Origin: Escherichia phage UE-S1
Sequence record: ON568341.1
DNA length: 64,000 nucleotides
Strand: one strand, 5' to 3'
The notes under the pieces are model-generated. The model made no database searches, was not told where the DNA came from, and saw only the letters and a list, made by a program, of their open reading frames with translations. Below are positions 13,713-23,457 of the stretch, in pieces. How positions within the stretch are numbered: position 1 is the stretch's first letter; each line of letters opens with the position of its first letter. The translations under genes were made by a program, and so were the position numbers.

Positions 13713-14137
13713 TGAGAGCGTATAATAAGATTTGTATTTTTGTATTTTTAGTTTGTGCATTCAATTCATTTGGATACTACTGCGTTGAAAACAACATTTC
13801 ATATGGTTTAAATCCGTTATGGTTTTCAATTGCCAATGTAGTTCAAATTGGTATTGCTGTCATGTCCGCACTTATGTTCTGTCCAATTGTCACGATAGAT
13901 AGTGAATATGAAAAGCTTGGATTTCTACGTGATACGGGAGATGAACCTTACAATAGATTGATCGTATTGTATCCATTTTTAATGATGTTAGGTATTAATA
14001 TTCAACTAGGTGCAACAACCAACAGTATTACATCAGCAGCCATTGCTGTATTTGCATTCACATTTTTAACGATTCACCGCTCTATAAGTCATTGGTACAT
14101 TGCAAAAATGGCAGAGGAAGGTACTCAAAATACTTGA
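13712..14137 (+). CDS. small multi-pass membrane protein
   Basis: Hydrophobic segments; ATG overlaps previous stop. Confidence 0.5.
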   Translation: MRAYNKICIFVFLVCAFNSFGYYCVENNISYGLNPLWFSIANVVQIGIAVMSALMFCPIVTIDSEYEKLGFLRDTGDEPYNRLIVLYPFLMMLGINIQLGATTNSITSAAIAVFAFTFLTIHRSISHWYIAKMAEEGTQNT

Positions 14138-14199
14138 CATAATTTAGTATTTTATATATAATTATTTCATAAAAAAAAAGAAATTTGAGTGAGGAACTT

Positions 14200-14451
14200 A
14201 TGAACATTGATAAGGTCAAAGAAATTAGTGCTGCACTAATTAAAAATGAAGAGGTTTGTGAAGAACTTCGCAGTACTATCAAATTTGAGTACGCGAGATT
14301 GCAAAGTATGCTTCAAGAATCTGAATGGGTAGTAACTAAATCTATCGAAGCAATCTATAAGGATATCGAATCCCTTTTCAACAAGAAAAGTAAGATTGAA
14401 TCTGATTCATACAATAAGCGTAAAGAATTAAATTCGGCACTCGGTATTTAA
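14200..14451 (+). CDS. hypothetical protein
   Basis: Track ORF (TTG at 14185) trimmed to ATG preceded by GAGTGAGGAA. Confidence 0.45.
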   Translation: MNIDKVKEISAALIKNEEVCEELRSTIKFEYARLQSMLQESEWVVTKSIEAIYKDIESLFNKKSKIESDSYNKRKELNSALGI

Positions 14452-14525
14452 AATTCATTTGACATAATAAAAAACATGGAGTACAATGTACTCCTAATTT
14501 AATTATAAGATAAAAGGAAATAGTT

Positions 14526-14795
14526 GTGAAATCTATTCTTGTAGCAGTTAATCTCATTGCTTCCCCATCTTTTAACTTCAAAAAAGTTGTTGCTGATAAT
14601 CTGAAGAAGATCTGCCCAAACGCTGAATTGACTTTTTGTGTGTTTGATTCAGAAAAAGTAACTAAAGTTGATTTGAACTATATTTTGAACGATGTACAAT
14701 GTATTTCAGGTGAAAGCAACTTAAAAGTTCTTCGTGAGATTGCAGACGATTATGATGACACTTTAGTAATTTCGGAGAAAATCCAAATCAAATGA
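14526..14795 (+). CDS. hypothetical protein (89 aa), GTG start
   Basis: Track ORF; AAAGGAAA upstream. Confidence 0.45.
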   Translation: MKSILVAVNLIASPSFNFKKVVADNLKKICPNAELTFCVFDSEKVTKVDLNYILNDVQCISGESNLKVLREIADDYDDTLVISEKIQIK

Positions 14796-15211
14796 TTAGA
14801 TTCATTCAGTACTTAATCATTAAATTTTTTGGCTGTTATACGATTGAAGGAAAAGCCACACTTGCACATAAAATTTTTGTAGCATTATGTACAGGTGATT
14901 ATGACGTATTGAATAAGTACTGTAAATCTCAAGCATGTATTGATATAATGGCACTTCGTATCTATGAGTGCCAGTTCTTTAGATACAATTTTTACAAGTA
15001 CAGATTTGATAAACAAGAATTTGATAGTTTTGAAATGTTAAAAAATTTATGTAACAATAAAAAGAATATGCATATATCAGAATTTGTTGCTTTGTATTTT
15101 TATTTAAAAAGTTCATTGTTTATGAACACGAGTAAACTTTTTGATACTAGATTTAATGTATTCGAAGGTAAAGAATTTTACATATATGATAAATTCTTAG
15201 ATAAGGTGTAA
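14792..15211 (+). CDS. hypothetical protein (139 aa)
   Basis: Track ORF, ATGA overlap with previous gene. Confidence 0.5.
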   Translation: MIRFIQYLIIKFFGCYTIEGKATLAHKIFVALCTGDYDVLNKYCKSQACIDIMALRIYECQFFRYNFYKYRFDKQEFDSFEMLKNLCNNKKNMHISEFVALYFYLKSSLFMNTSKLFDTRFNVFEGKEFYIYDKFLDKV

Positions 15212-15212
15212 T

Positions 15213-15710
15213 ATGACAACTGTTTATATTGATAAACGATTAAATTTGTTGATTACCGATTCTAGAGTTACATCAACTATACCACGAAACTTATTTGGTC
15301 TTTTTCCACTAAGACCAAAATATCAATATGGAGTTGTTAATCAAAAAACTTTATATGTACATGACCGTTTATTCAGTGCTAGTGGATCAGTAAGTGAAAT
15401 TGATAAAGTACTTAATTGGTTGATTAATAAAGTATCAATTATTCCTGACAGAAAATTAAGTTGTCATTGTATTTTACTTTCCAAAGATTATATCATTCAT
15501 TTGATTTTATCTAATGGTGAGTTTACTAAAAAACTTGAGTATCTACATAAAGACTACACATTCTTTATGGGAAGTGGTGGAGAATACATGATAGATGCAG
15601 CTATTCATGAAGAGTATACAACTTTATATGATAAAGTACTTAGAACTTTTATGGATGTGCATAATCATGATTGTTTCACCGATGATAATATTAATGTATA
15701 TCGTTTTTGA
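15213..15710 (+). CDS. hypothetical protein (165 aa)
   Basis: Track ORF. Confidence 0.5.
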   Translation: MTTVYIDKRLNLLITDSRVTSTIPRNLFGLFPLRPKYQYGVVNQKTLYVHDRLFSASGSVSEIDKVLNWLINKVSIIPDRKLSCHCILLSKDYIIHLILSNGEFTKKLEYLHKDYTFFMGSGGEYMIDAAIHEEYTTLYDKVLRTFMDVHNHDCFTDDNINVYRF

Positions 15711-15732
15711 TTTTTTTCATTAGGAGACGTAA

Positions 15733-16686
15733 TTGAAAAAACTAGATTTGAATGCAATTGCAGATGAAGTACTGGACGAATGTTTTTCTAATGAAGAAGT
15801 CAATACACTTGATGCATTAGATTCAGTACAAGATGAAGATAAAGTTCAAAGTAATTTCAAGTTTAATATTAGTCTTAAGCGTCCACATAATGTAACAAAT
15901 GAAGATCTAATCCGTGATATTCAAGCTGGTATCAATGTTAAGAAAAACACTGAACTATTAGTTCGTTATAATTATGGACTAATTGTTGATGTTGCAAGTA
16001 AATGCACGTGTTATATCCCATTTGAAGATAAGATATCATATGGTATTGAGGGATTCATGCGAGCACTAAAAACATTTGATCTTAGTAAGAATGTTAAGTT
16101 CGTTACATACGCATCTTCCAGCATTTATATGACAGTATACAATGAAAGTTCAGATGCCAATCATCTGGTACATTTTCCACGCTATATGAGTGTTAATAAG
16201 ATACAAGTTAAACGCTTTTGTCATGAATATGAGCGTAAGCACGGTTGTCGTCCAACACCTGAACTAATTTCAGAGGGGACGGGAATTGAAATTCAACATG
16301 TAAAGAATTGTTTGTTATTCCAAAGTGAATATACTGCATTGGATGCACCATTGGATGGTGTTTCGGATGGTACGTTAAGTGATATTCTTCATACATCTGA
16401 TTGCGATTACAATCTTAATGTTGATAGTATTCGTGCACCTTTGCGTTATGTCATTAATGATCTAACACATGAATTGAGTACGAAAGAACGTGAAATTATC
16501 CAGCGTGTTCATGGTTTAGGTGAATTTAATCCTGAATCACTTCGTGAAATTGCTGATAGTGGTTTTGTTGATGACAATGGCAAATGTGTTAAATCAAGAT
16601 CATCTGTACACCGTAAATATAGTGAAGCTATAAAAAAACTTAAGAAATTAGTACTTGAAAAAGGGTACGAATACGAAGATTTCTAA
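15733..16686 (+). CDS. sigma-70-family-like protein (regions 2 and 4 recognisable)
   Basis: LVRYNYGLIVDVASK...GIEGFMRALKTFD...VKFVTYASSSIYM resembles sigma region 2; C-terminal SLREIADS..KSRSSVHRKYSEAIKKLKKL resembles region 4.2; TTG start after AGGAG. Confidence 0.5.
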   Translation: MKKLDLNAIADEVLDECFSNEEVNTLDALDSVQDEDKVQSNFKFNISLKRPHNVTNEDLIRDIQAGINVKKNTELLVRYNYGLIVDVASKCTCYIPFEDKISYGIEGFMRALKTFDLSKNVKFVTYASSSIYMTVYNESSDANHLVHFPRYMSVNKIQVKRFCHEYERKHGCRPTPELISEGTGIEIQHVKNCLLFQSEYTALDAPLDGVSDGTLSDILHTSDCDYNLNVDSIRAPLRYVINDLTHELSTKEREIIQRVHGLGEFNPESLREIADSGFVDDNGKCVKSRSSVHRKYSEAIKKLKKLVLEKGYEYEDF

Positions 16687-16693
16687 AGAACAA

Positions 16694-16720
16694 GGGTTGA
16701 CTTAGGTCAACCCTTTTTTT
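16694..16720 (+). terminator. intrinsic terminator
   Basis: GGGTTGACC-TTAG-GTCAACCC hairpin plus T7 run. Confidence 0.7.
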
Positions 16721-17348
16721 ATGGGACAAATTATAAAGTTATGATATACTTATTATGTACAATCCTGTTGAATGCAGAAATGCATATAAATGAGAACCTG
16801 ATCCTATCGAAAATGTAGATGGCAGATGAGCAGTTCAACAGTGCGATGAGCAGAAGAAACCCGTCAGATGTGGGCATAGTTTGAACCCCTCACGGCAATG
16901 CGGCTCAATAAAGAACCATGTTAGGATAGCTGATGGTTCCTTGATAGACATATAAGGATAACACCTTACGAATTATCTAAGGGAGAGTACTCAAATTTTG
17001 TACAAGAAAGTTGCGTCCAAAATTTGAGTACTCACATTAAGTATTTGATTGCATAGATACTTAATGAAGATACACTATGTTTAAAAGTGTAGACCGTCAT
17101 ATGAAACTGAAGTAGAGAGAAACAGGATGACCCGCTTTCGCACTCGTTATGAGTAATCTTCAATGCAATAGCTCTGATACCATCAGCGTCAAATTTCCCT
17201 CCGCAGTGGGGGGAAGAAAAATCACCTCCTCAAATCCCGTCAATATTAAAAGTCCTTGACAGTTATTAATCATTCGCGTAGAATACGTAGTATTAGAAGC
17301 GAACAGACATCTCGAAGAGATGGATGATTAACTATTGAGGAATTTCCA

Positions 17349-17558
17349 ATGAATTCAGTAATCTTTTTAGTAGTCGCTCTTTCAATTCAATCCGGTGTAC
17401 AAATTACCCCAATGAACTCAATGAACCAATGTTTTTCAGTACGTGACAGTACTTATGAACAAGTAAACCACATGTCACTTATGACAGTTAGTAAAGAAAG
17501 TATGTGGTGTTACAATAGTAATACTAACACAAAGCTTATTGTAGGACAAAATCAATGA
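17349..17558 (+). CDS. hypothetical protein (69 aa), hydrophobic N-terminus
   Basis: Track ORF; upstream TTGACA-17-TAGAAT promoter-like. Confidence 0.45.
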   Translation: MNSVIFLVVALSIQSGVQITPMNSMNQCFSVRDSTYEQVNHMSLMTVSKESMWCYNSNTNTKLIVGQNQ

Positions 17559-17785
17559 GTTATGGTGTTCGTTTTGAGATTCGTTCTATTATTATCAATG
17601 GCGAGAAACAAGCATCGTTGGATGGAGATATACGAGAAAAATATCTATCATGTATCCGTGCAAAATCTGAAGCAGATGCATTAGCACAAATGTATAGTTT
17701 TAACTTTTTTCATGGATACCATTTGGTACGAGTTATCGAAGTTACAAAAATAATTATAGATTGTAGCATGGAAGGATTAATGTAA
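17555..17785 (+). CDS. hypothetical protein (76 aa)
   Basis: Track ORF, ATGA overlap. Confidence 0.45.
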   Translation: MSYGVRFEIRSIIINGEKQASLDGDIREKYLSCIRAKSEADALAQMYSFNFFHGYHLVRVIEVTKIIIDCSMEGLM

Positions 17786-17786
17786 A

Positions 17787-18575
17787 ATGAGCACTATAGA
17801 TGAACTGATTCGACGGAATTCAAAATACTACAAACCATCAGAAATTGTAGGTAACATTACCAAATCAGAGTTTGGTCCAAATACTCGAAAACTAATTCAT
17901 GTAATGTCACGTGATGGCTTTAAATGTGATTGTTGTGGTGAATCCAATGTGGTATTCACTTTGCATAAGCACAGTACTAAAGACCGTTATAAATTCAGAC
18001 CTTATGTACTTAAAGGGAAACGCCTTGTACGCATGACGTTAGACCATAATGTACTGGACTGTCTTCAGGGTGGTAATGATAAAGAGAACATGACTGCATT
18101 ATGTGAAGATTGTAACGCATTACGCCAACATAAGTTTGCTGAGTACAGTGAGTTTAAACACTGGTATCATAATGCGGAACGTTCAATCGAGCCGGACGTT
18201 AACTACTGCTTCATTGAGTACATTAAGAATGCTAAAGATACATATATTCTTAAATCTATGGAACCAATTACCGTGTTTCCAATGAACCTATTCACTACAT
18301 TAAAGAATAGTTTTATGGTAGGTGATATTGATGCATTCAAGTATTTTGACAAAGGTGCAAAACATTTTGAAGTTCAATGTCTTAGTACTGCACTATGTGA
18401 ACTTATTAAAATTTACATAAAAGATTATTTGGGTATTGACAATGTACGCGTACCAGAGTATACTTTTTCTATTGATTTCGATTGTGAATCAATCAAAGAG
18501 TTTGGGATTCTTTTCAATAAACAAATAGAACTTGCAATTCAAAACGAAATCAAGTACTATAATACTAACATTTAA
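17787..18575 (+). CDS. HNH-motif nuclease-domain protein with Cys cluster
   Basis: CDCCGE and LDHNVLDCLQGGNDKENMTALCEDCNALRQHK match the HNH D-H..GG..N..C..C..K pattern. Confidence 0.55.
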   Translation: MSTIDELIRRNSKYYKPSEIVGNITKSEFGPNTRKLIHVMSRDGFKCDCCGESNVVFTLHKHSTKDRYKFRPYVLKGKRLVRMTLDHNVLDCLQGGNDKENMTALCEDCNALRQHKFAEYSEFKHWYHNAERSIEPDVNYCFIEYIKNAKDTYILKSMEPITVFPMNLFTTLKNSFMVGDIDAFKYFDKGAKHFEVQCLSTALCELIKIYIKDYLGIDNVRVPEYTFSIDFDCESIKEFGILFNKQIELAIQNEIKYYNTNI

Positions 18576-18590
18576 TCAGAGGAAATTATT

Positions 18591-18773
18591 ATGCAAATCA
18601 TCATTCTTATCGTAGGTATCATTCTTGGTGTATATGGTCACTCCTGGATGAACGAGAAGTTCCCTAATACCCGTCCTGAGTATTGCAGTACTAATGTATT
18701 TCAGAATGGTGAGAAACCAAAGGAAAGTATTGGTAAAAAGCTGGACAAAGTACTTGATGTGATCAATGAATAA
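18591..18773 (+). CDS. small membrane protein (60 aa)
   Basis: N-terminal TM helix IIILIVGIILGVYG. Confidence 0.45.
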   Translation: MQIIILIVGIILGVYGHSWMNEKFPNTRPEYCSTNVFQNGEKPKESIGKKLDKVLDVINE

Positions 18774-18984
18774 GGGCCATAAAATGTTTAAACCGAATTC
18801 AAATGTTGGTAAGAAAGTCCAATTACTTGAAGATGTATCCACTATGAGTGGAACCTTCACTAAAGGCCACATCATGACTATTATTGCCGAAACATCCCGT
18901 GGTTGGGACTTGGAAGATGCTGATGGTAATCGCATCCTTGAGGCTGGTTTTTATGGTCATCGTGAATATAAAATCATCGATTAA
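18766..18984 (+). CDS. hypothetical protein (72 aa)
   Basis: Track ORF. Confidence 0.45.
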   Translation: MNKGHKMFKPNSNVGKKVQLLEDVSTMSGTFTKGHIMTIIAETSRGWDLEDADGNRILEAGFYGHREYKIID

Positions 18985-19080
18985 GGATATAAAATGATGT
19001 TAGAGGCTATCTTTGGTATTGTCAGTTTAGTCATCTGTGTTGGTTGGTTTGGGTATCTGATGATTTTTGGTGATTAATAC

Positions 19081-19108
19081 TTGACATAAGATATCAGTAC
19101 TGTATAAT
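19081..19108 (+). promoter_or_regulatory. sigma-70-type promoter (TTGACA-16-TATAAT, TG-extended)
   Basis: TTGACATAAGATATCAGTACTGTATAAT. Confidence 0.6.
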
Positions 19109-19153
19109 GTTTATATCAAACGAAATCCACTTTAACAAATGATAGGAAATATT

Positions 19154-19432
19154 ATGTCTTTTTCTAAAGAAGAACGTGACCTTATTAAAAAAGCAATCTG
19201 GTTTTATGCTAATGAAGGGAAGTGCGATGAAGAAAAAGCACGTGAACTGTGTAATATCTTTGAGAAGAAACAAGATCTGAAAGTGTATCGTATCCGTGAT
19301 TTGGATGAAGGGGATCGTATTGTCCTAGCTGAAACAAAAGAAGAAGCAGAACAAATCTTCACTGATAAAAACGAAAATCCACATTGGATGGAAGAAGTCT
19401 GTGATGTTAAAAAAGGTACTTATATCGATTGA
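19154..19432 (+). CDS. hypothetical protein
   Basis: Track ORF 19139 trimmed to ATG after AGGAAA. Confidence 0.45.
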   Translation: MSFSKEERDLIKKAIWFYANEGKCDEEKARELCNIFEKKQDLKVYRIRDLDEGDRIVLAETKEEAEQIFTDKNENPHWMEEVCDVKKGTYID

Positions 19433-19457
19433 CAGAACTGAATAATAGCAGTATAAT
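19429..19457 (+). promoter_or_regulatory. sigma-70-type promoter (TTGACA-17-TATAAT)
   Basis: TTGACAGAACTGAATAATAGCAGTATAAT. Confidence 0.6.
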
Positions 19458-19549
19458 GTTTATATCAAAGGGAATGCAGTGAAAGGAAAGACAGCATAAT
19501 CGTACTCGTCACTGCGTTTCCAACCTATTAATTAAATGAGGAATTAACT

Positions 19550-19858
19550 ATGTTTCAAACTAACACTCAAGGTTTTGTAATCATAGATTTGAATCAAAAC
19601 AGCGGTTATTGGATGAAACCTACTGACGCATGTATGCAGTTTGATTTCTTAGGTTACAGAATTAGTGTAAGTACTGGTGCTTCTGTACTGAGAGGTGGTT
19701 GTATCGTTGAACATCTGGTAACTGATCCAGAAGGTCGTGAGTATGAAATCGCAGGTTCAGTACAAGATGCCATTATGTTTGTATGTCAGCGTGAAATGAA
19801 TGGTTCGAATTCAAATGCACTGACTCATGCTCTTTCTCAAGAAGTGGAGATTCGTTAA
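19550..19858 (+). CDS. hypothetical protein (102 aa)
   Basis: Track ORF with GAGGAA RBS. Confidence 0.5.
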   Translation: MFQTNTQGFVIIDLNQNSGYWMKPTDACMQFDFLGYRISVSTGASVLRGGCIVEHLVTDPEGREYEIAGSVQDAIMFVCQREMNGSNSNALTHALSQEVEIR

Positions 19859-20109
19859 TGAAATACATTGTAGCAGTACTCGTCGCATTTTTACTCACTG
19901 CATGTGATGCTTCAACCAAAGAACGCACAAGTGATTTTGAACTCCCTACTGAATTAAAAGAAGCAGGATGTAAGATTTATCGTATGCAACAGGAAGGTGC
20001 TGGTGCAACGTTGTATACAGTTTATTGTCCTAATGCAAACACCAGTACTGGATACACTAGTGGAAAAACACGAATCAACACTTCAGTGATTAATGGAGTA
20101 CAACAATGA
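19858..20109 (+). CDS. putative lipoprotein (83 aa)
   Basis: MKYIVAVLVAFLLTAC signal peptide with lipobox LTAC. Confidence 0.55.
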   Translation: MKYIVAVLVAFLLTACDASTKERTSDFELPTELKEAGCKIYRMQQEGAGATLYTVYCPNANTSTGYTSGKTRINTSVINGVQQ

Positions 20110-20474
20110 GCCTTGATACAACCCGTGCAACAGATTTATTAACTCGTCTGAATGATGAAGAGTATCTTGCTGAAATAAAATACAAGCTTGATAAACTGGT
20201 TCGAAGTGCTGAAGTAATTGAAGTTGAAGGTCACTTACCAATGGATCAATTCCATACGTTCAACGAAGATATGGTTTATTATCCTAATGAAATTTGGATT
20301 GAGTGGCAACATTGGACTGGTAAAACACTACGTATTGAAGGGTATTGTGTGAAGTATGAACGTGATCCTGGTTATGTGACAAAAACTTTGTCAATTTGGT
20401 GTACAAAAACACATGAACTCGTTGAGGTGAATTTGAATTATATGAATGGCTTCCGTTGGGGTGATGTTAAATGA
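20106..20474 (+). CDS. hypothetical protein (122 aa)
   Basis: Track ORF, ATGA overlap. Confidence 0.5.
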   Translation: MSLDTTRATDLLTRLNDEEYLAEIKYKLDKLVRSAEVIEVEGHLPMDQFHTFNEDMVYYPNEIWIEWQHWTGKTLRIEGYCVKYERDPGYVTKTLSIWCTKTHELVEVNLNYMNGFRWGDVK

Positions 20475-20746
20475 TTAAAAAACTCTTGACGGTGTTCTTT
20501 GTATTCAGTATAATGTTTCTTACCGCATGTAATGACGATGGCACGTTAAGTGCAAAAGACTTAGCTCGATATGATTGTACATTCACAGGTAAGTCTTTTA
20601 TTAACGAATATGAAATATGTACACAAGCAGGACGTATCTGTGGTGGTTGGGAGAAACGTCAAGAGAAGTTGTATGTATACGAATGTCCCGGAAAACACAA
20701 TAAAGTTCTAAGTAAACAAAAACTTGTTTATGATAAGGTTGAATAA
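20471..20746 (+). CDS. putative lipoprotein (91 aa)
   Basis: MIKKLLTVFFVFSIMFLTAC with lipobox; Cys-rich mature part. Confidence 0.55.
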   Translation: MIKKLLTVFFVFSIMFLTACNDDGTLSAKDLARYDCTFTGKSFINEYEICTQAGRICGGWEKRQEKLYVYECPGKHNKVLSKQKLVYDKVE

Positions 20747-20961
20747 TGACTACCAATGAAATGATGCAGGTTATTTGGGATAAAGGATGTGATATTAAAA
20801 TCACTAGCACTGATGTTCGTGTGTTCAAAACTGAATACCTAGAGTACTTGGACCTTGATACTTATAATAATATTGTATCAATTGAACACAAAGGTGCAGT
20901 ACTTGAAACTATTGATGTGGTTCTGAAGAAAGCAACAGACCTATTAGGTGCGTCAGTGTGA
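20746..20961 (+). CDS. hypothetical protein (71 aa)
   Basis: Track ORF, TAATG coupling. Confidence 0.45.
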   Translation: MTTNEMMQVIWDKGCDIKITSTDVRVFKTEYLEYLDLDTYNNIVSIEHKGAVLETIDVVLKKATDLLGASV

Positions 20962-21111
20962 ATAATAAAGAGTGGGAAGAATATAGAAAAAATGCCGAGA
21001 GTTTGATAAAGAACTAACTGGTACTATTAATGCAATAATGGGTGTATCTGTTTTTATTGCAGTTGTGTCATTATTTTCTGTTATTATTAATAAATTTTTA
21101 TAGGAACTCCC

Positions 21112-21309
21112 ATGTTTACTTTATATCTTGCAGTGGTTCTTACTAATGGTGACATAACTCGAACTATTGGTGAAGGTGTATATAAAACTCCTGAGCAATG
21201 TTACTCTGCTACACATTGGCCTCGTGATAGTGATGATACTCGTACCGAATTTAAATGCATGAAAGTAAAAGGTGATTTTGTTAACCTTAAAGTTATCGAG
21301 GCTAAATGA
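21112..21309 (+). CDS. hypothetical protein (65 aa), hydrophobic N-terminus
   Basis: Track ORF. Confidence 0.45.
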   Translation: MFTLYLAVVLTNGDITRTIGEGVYKTPEQCYSATHWPRDSDDTRTEFKCMKVKGDFVNLKVIEAK

Positions 21310-21827
21310 TGAATATTAATGAGTTGTTAATATTATTGTTTAATCGTGAACGCCGCGATACAAGACCAATTGAATATCAAGATGTGATACGTATTGAAAC
21401 GGATTTCTGTTATGGTAAAACAACTCATGATCTTTTGAATCCATCTGGAAAACGCTATGCTGATGTTTGTTTTTCTGAAAGAAGTGATGGTTCAGAAATA
21501 ACAAGTACTGAAATTGTGTTTTATGATAGATCCTCGGCAGGTTCGTATGAAATAGAACTTATATATTGTCCTTGTTCAGAAACACACAATAAACATCAGA
21601 TATTATATGATGTTTATTCACCCCCAGGTATTGCTGAATATTTTGTTATTGATTACAGTACTGAAGAAAGTGTGTTTCAACAGAGCTTGATTCATAACTT
21701 CCAGTTGAATGATCCATTAGTACCGAAGATTTTCAAACTACTTGACACAATCGATGTTGATTTTGAATTTGTTATGTGCATTAGAACTTCTTTATTCAAT
21801 GAATTCATGGAACTTTTTAATATATGA
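21306..21827 (+). CDS. hypothetical protein (173 aa)
   Basis: Track ORF, ATGA overlap. Confidence 0.5.
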   Translation: MMNINELLILLFNRERRDTRPIEYQDVIRIETDFCYGKTTHDLLNPSGKRYADVCFSERSDGSEITSTEIVFYDRSSAGSYEIELIYCPCSETHNKHQILYDVYSPPGIAEYFVIDYSTEESVFQQSLIHNFQLNDPLVPKIFKLLDTIDVDFEFVMCIRTSLFNEFMELFNI

Positions 21828-22045
21828 ATAGATACTATGTTGTGTATGAACACGTTTCTGAATTTAATAACATACGAGGTTATTCCAGAGTTGTCACAAA
21901 GATGGATGTATTCATTCGTGCTCTTAGTGAAGTAGATGCACTGTTTAAATTGTTTGATGAAATTACAAAGTATAACACACCCAAAACACACCGCTATGTG
22001 GAAACTGTACATAGCATTATGCTAACTGAAAGTGATGAGGAATGA
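21824..22045 (+). CDS. hypothetical protein (73 aa)
   Basis: Track ORF. Confidence 0.45.
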   Translation: MNRYYVVYEHVSEFNNIRGYSRVVTKMDVFIRALSEVDALFKLFDEITKYNTPKTHRYVETVHSIMLTESDEE

Positions 22046-22048
22046 TAA

Positions 22049-22267
22049 ATGAATTTATATCTTGTTGAAGGATTGGTACAAGTCTATAAACTTGAATGTG
22101 AAGGGCAGCGTTTTTCACACGTAGAAGATTTTAAGTACGTTGTAAAGGCATCTTGTCAAAACGATGTTGAAATTCAAGTTCGAGAATCATTTCGTAATAA
22201 GAATGCAATTGGAAAATTCAAATATCAGCACTTACAATTCAAAGTATGGCCTAGCATAAATGACTAA
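22049..22267 (+). CDS. hypothetical protein (72 aa)
   Basis: Track ORF. Confidence 0.45.
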   Translation: MNLYLVEGLVQVYKLECEGQRFSHVEDFKYVVKASCQNDVEIQVRESFRNKNAIGKFKYQHLQFKVWPSIND

Positions 22268-22475
22268 GATGTGGTGGTGTCATGGTGTCTATAACGTGTA
22301 TGTAAATGGTCGATATAAAATGTCTAGTACCTATGCTAGACGTGTTCATGCGAAGAATAAAGTTGATGCGGCGTGTGATATCATTGAGTGGTATGCTGAG
22401 TTTAATACATTTGACTATATGTACGAAATAGTTACAATAAATGTTGTACAAATTGACACGTCTCTGATACAATAA
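22260..22475 (+). CDS. hypothetical protein (71 aa)
   Basis: Track ORF. Confidence 0.4.
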   Translation: MTKMWWCHGVYNVYVNGRYKMSSTYARRVHAKNKVDAACDIIEWYAEFNTFDYMYEIVTINVVQIDTSLIQ

Positions 22476-22508
22476 CTACATCAAAAAACAACTGCAACTG
22501 AGGATACT

Positions 22509-23171
22509 ATGTTAGTAAATCTTAATTTCATCACTTCTCCTGATTGGGCATTACGTGGTGTTTCTTTGAACTTTAAAGAAACTAATTTCGACTACATTGG
22601 GGATTGTACTTTAGTTAATGCTACATTTGATCCTCATCATCCTTTTTGGGCTAAGATTCATGATCCTAATGTAAACAATAGTGTATCTGTTATGACTATT
22701 GTACAGACGAAATATCCTGGCATTCTCGCAGGAGAACATCCTAAAGTTGCAATTAATCATTTCACTGATTATGATGTAGTAGATGAGTATCCAATGATTC
22801 ATAAAGATGGAAGTTTATACACATCTGAAGACGTTCGTGCTATCTTTAATAGTACTGATGATATTCTACCAAGTGGACGAACACGTCCTAAGTCTTATCT
22901 TATGCATTCATCTTATGGTGTAGCAGATACGCTTGAGCAGATTATGAAGAAGTACAAGAACCTAATTGAAGGTCCAGAAGAAGTTGTCATGTGCTATTAT
23001 CCAGTACTGAAATCAGACCAGCCAAAGAGTGGTGGGTGGCGTTGGCATAAAAACGGTGAGTACATTGGAAATAAACGTAGCAAAGAACGTTTTGAGTACT
23101 TGTATGATGAACCCGATATTGATGTTGTTTTGTGTTATAACTTCCTTAAGGTGAAAAAGAAATGTATCTAG
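22509..23171 (+). CDS. hypothetical protein (220 aa)
   Basis: Track ORF with GAGGA RBS. Confidence 0.55.
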   Translation: MLVNLNFITSPDWALRGVSLNFKETNFDYIGDCTLVNATFDPHHPFWAKIHDPNVNNSVSVMTIVQTKYPGILAGEHPKVAINHFTDYDVVDEYPMIHKDGSLYTSEDVRAIFNSTDDILPSGRTRPKSYLMHSSYGVADTLEQIMKKYKNLIEGPEEVVMCYYPVLKSDQPKSGGWRWHKNGEYIGNKRSKERFEYLYDEPDIDVVLCYNFLKVKKKCI

Positions 23172-23398
23172 TATTGAGTATTGTAACTGCACTATTGTTT
23201 ATGTTTTACCCTACACTAGTAGCACTAGTTACAAGACGAACTGTTGGAGATATCACTACAGTATTCTTGTTAAACGTGGTTCTGGCACTAGTGTCTATTA
23301 AAATCCCAGTAACCCCCACTGTTATTGATACGGTAACAGTATTTCTCTTTGTTTTCAGTTATCTTATGCTTATCGATGAGAAACCTGTTGACAAATAA
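23162..23398 (+). CDS. small membrane protein (78 aa)
   Basis: Two hydrophobic helices. Confidence 0.5.
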   Translation: MYLVLSIVTALLFMFYPTLVALVTRRTVGDITTVFLLNVVLALVSIKIPVTPTVIDTVTVFLFVFSYLMLIDEKPVDK

Positions 23399-23457
23399 TC
23401 TTAGTGCTGTATAATAATTCTTGAAATGTAAAAAACTTAAACATGAGGGTATAAAAT

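Noticed and set aside
16721-17340. Group I intron interrupting a gene
   Set aside because: The upstream gene ends with its own stop and terminator, and no split ORF or intron core elements were recognisable by eye; kept only as a candidate structured RNA.
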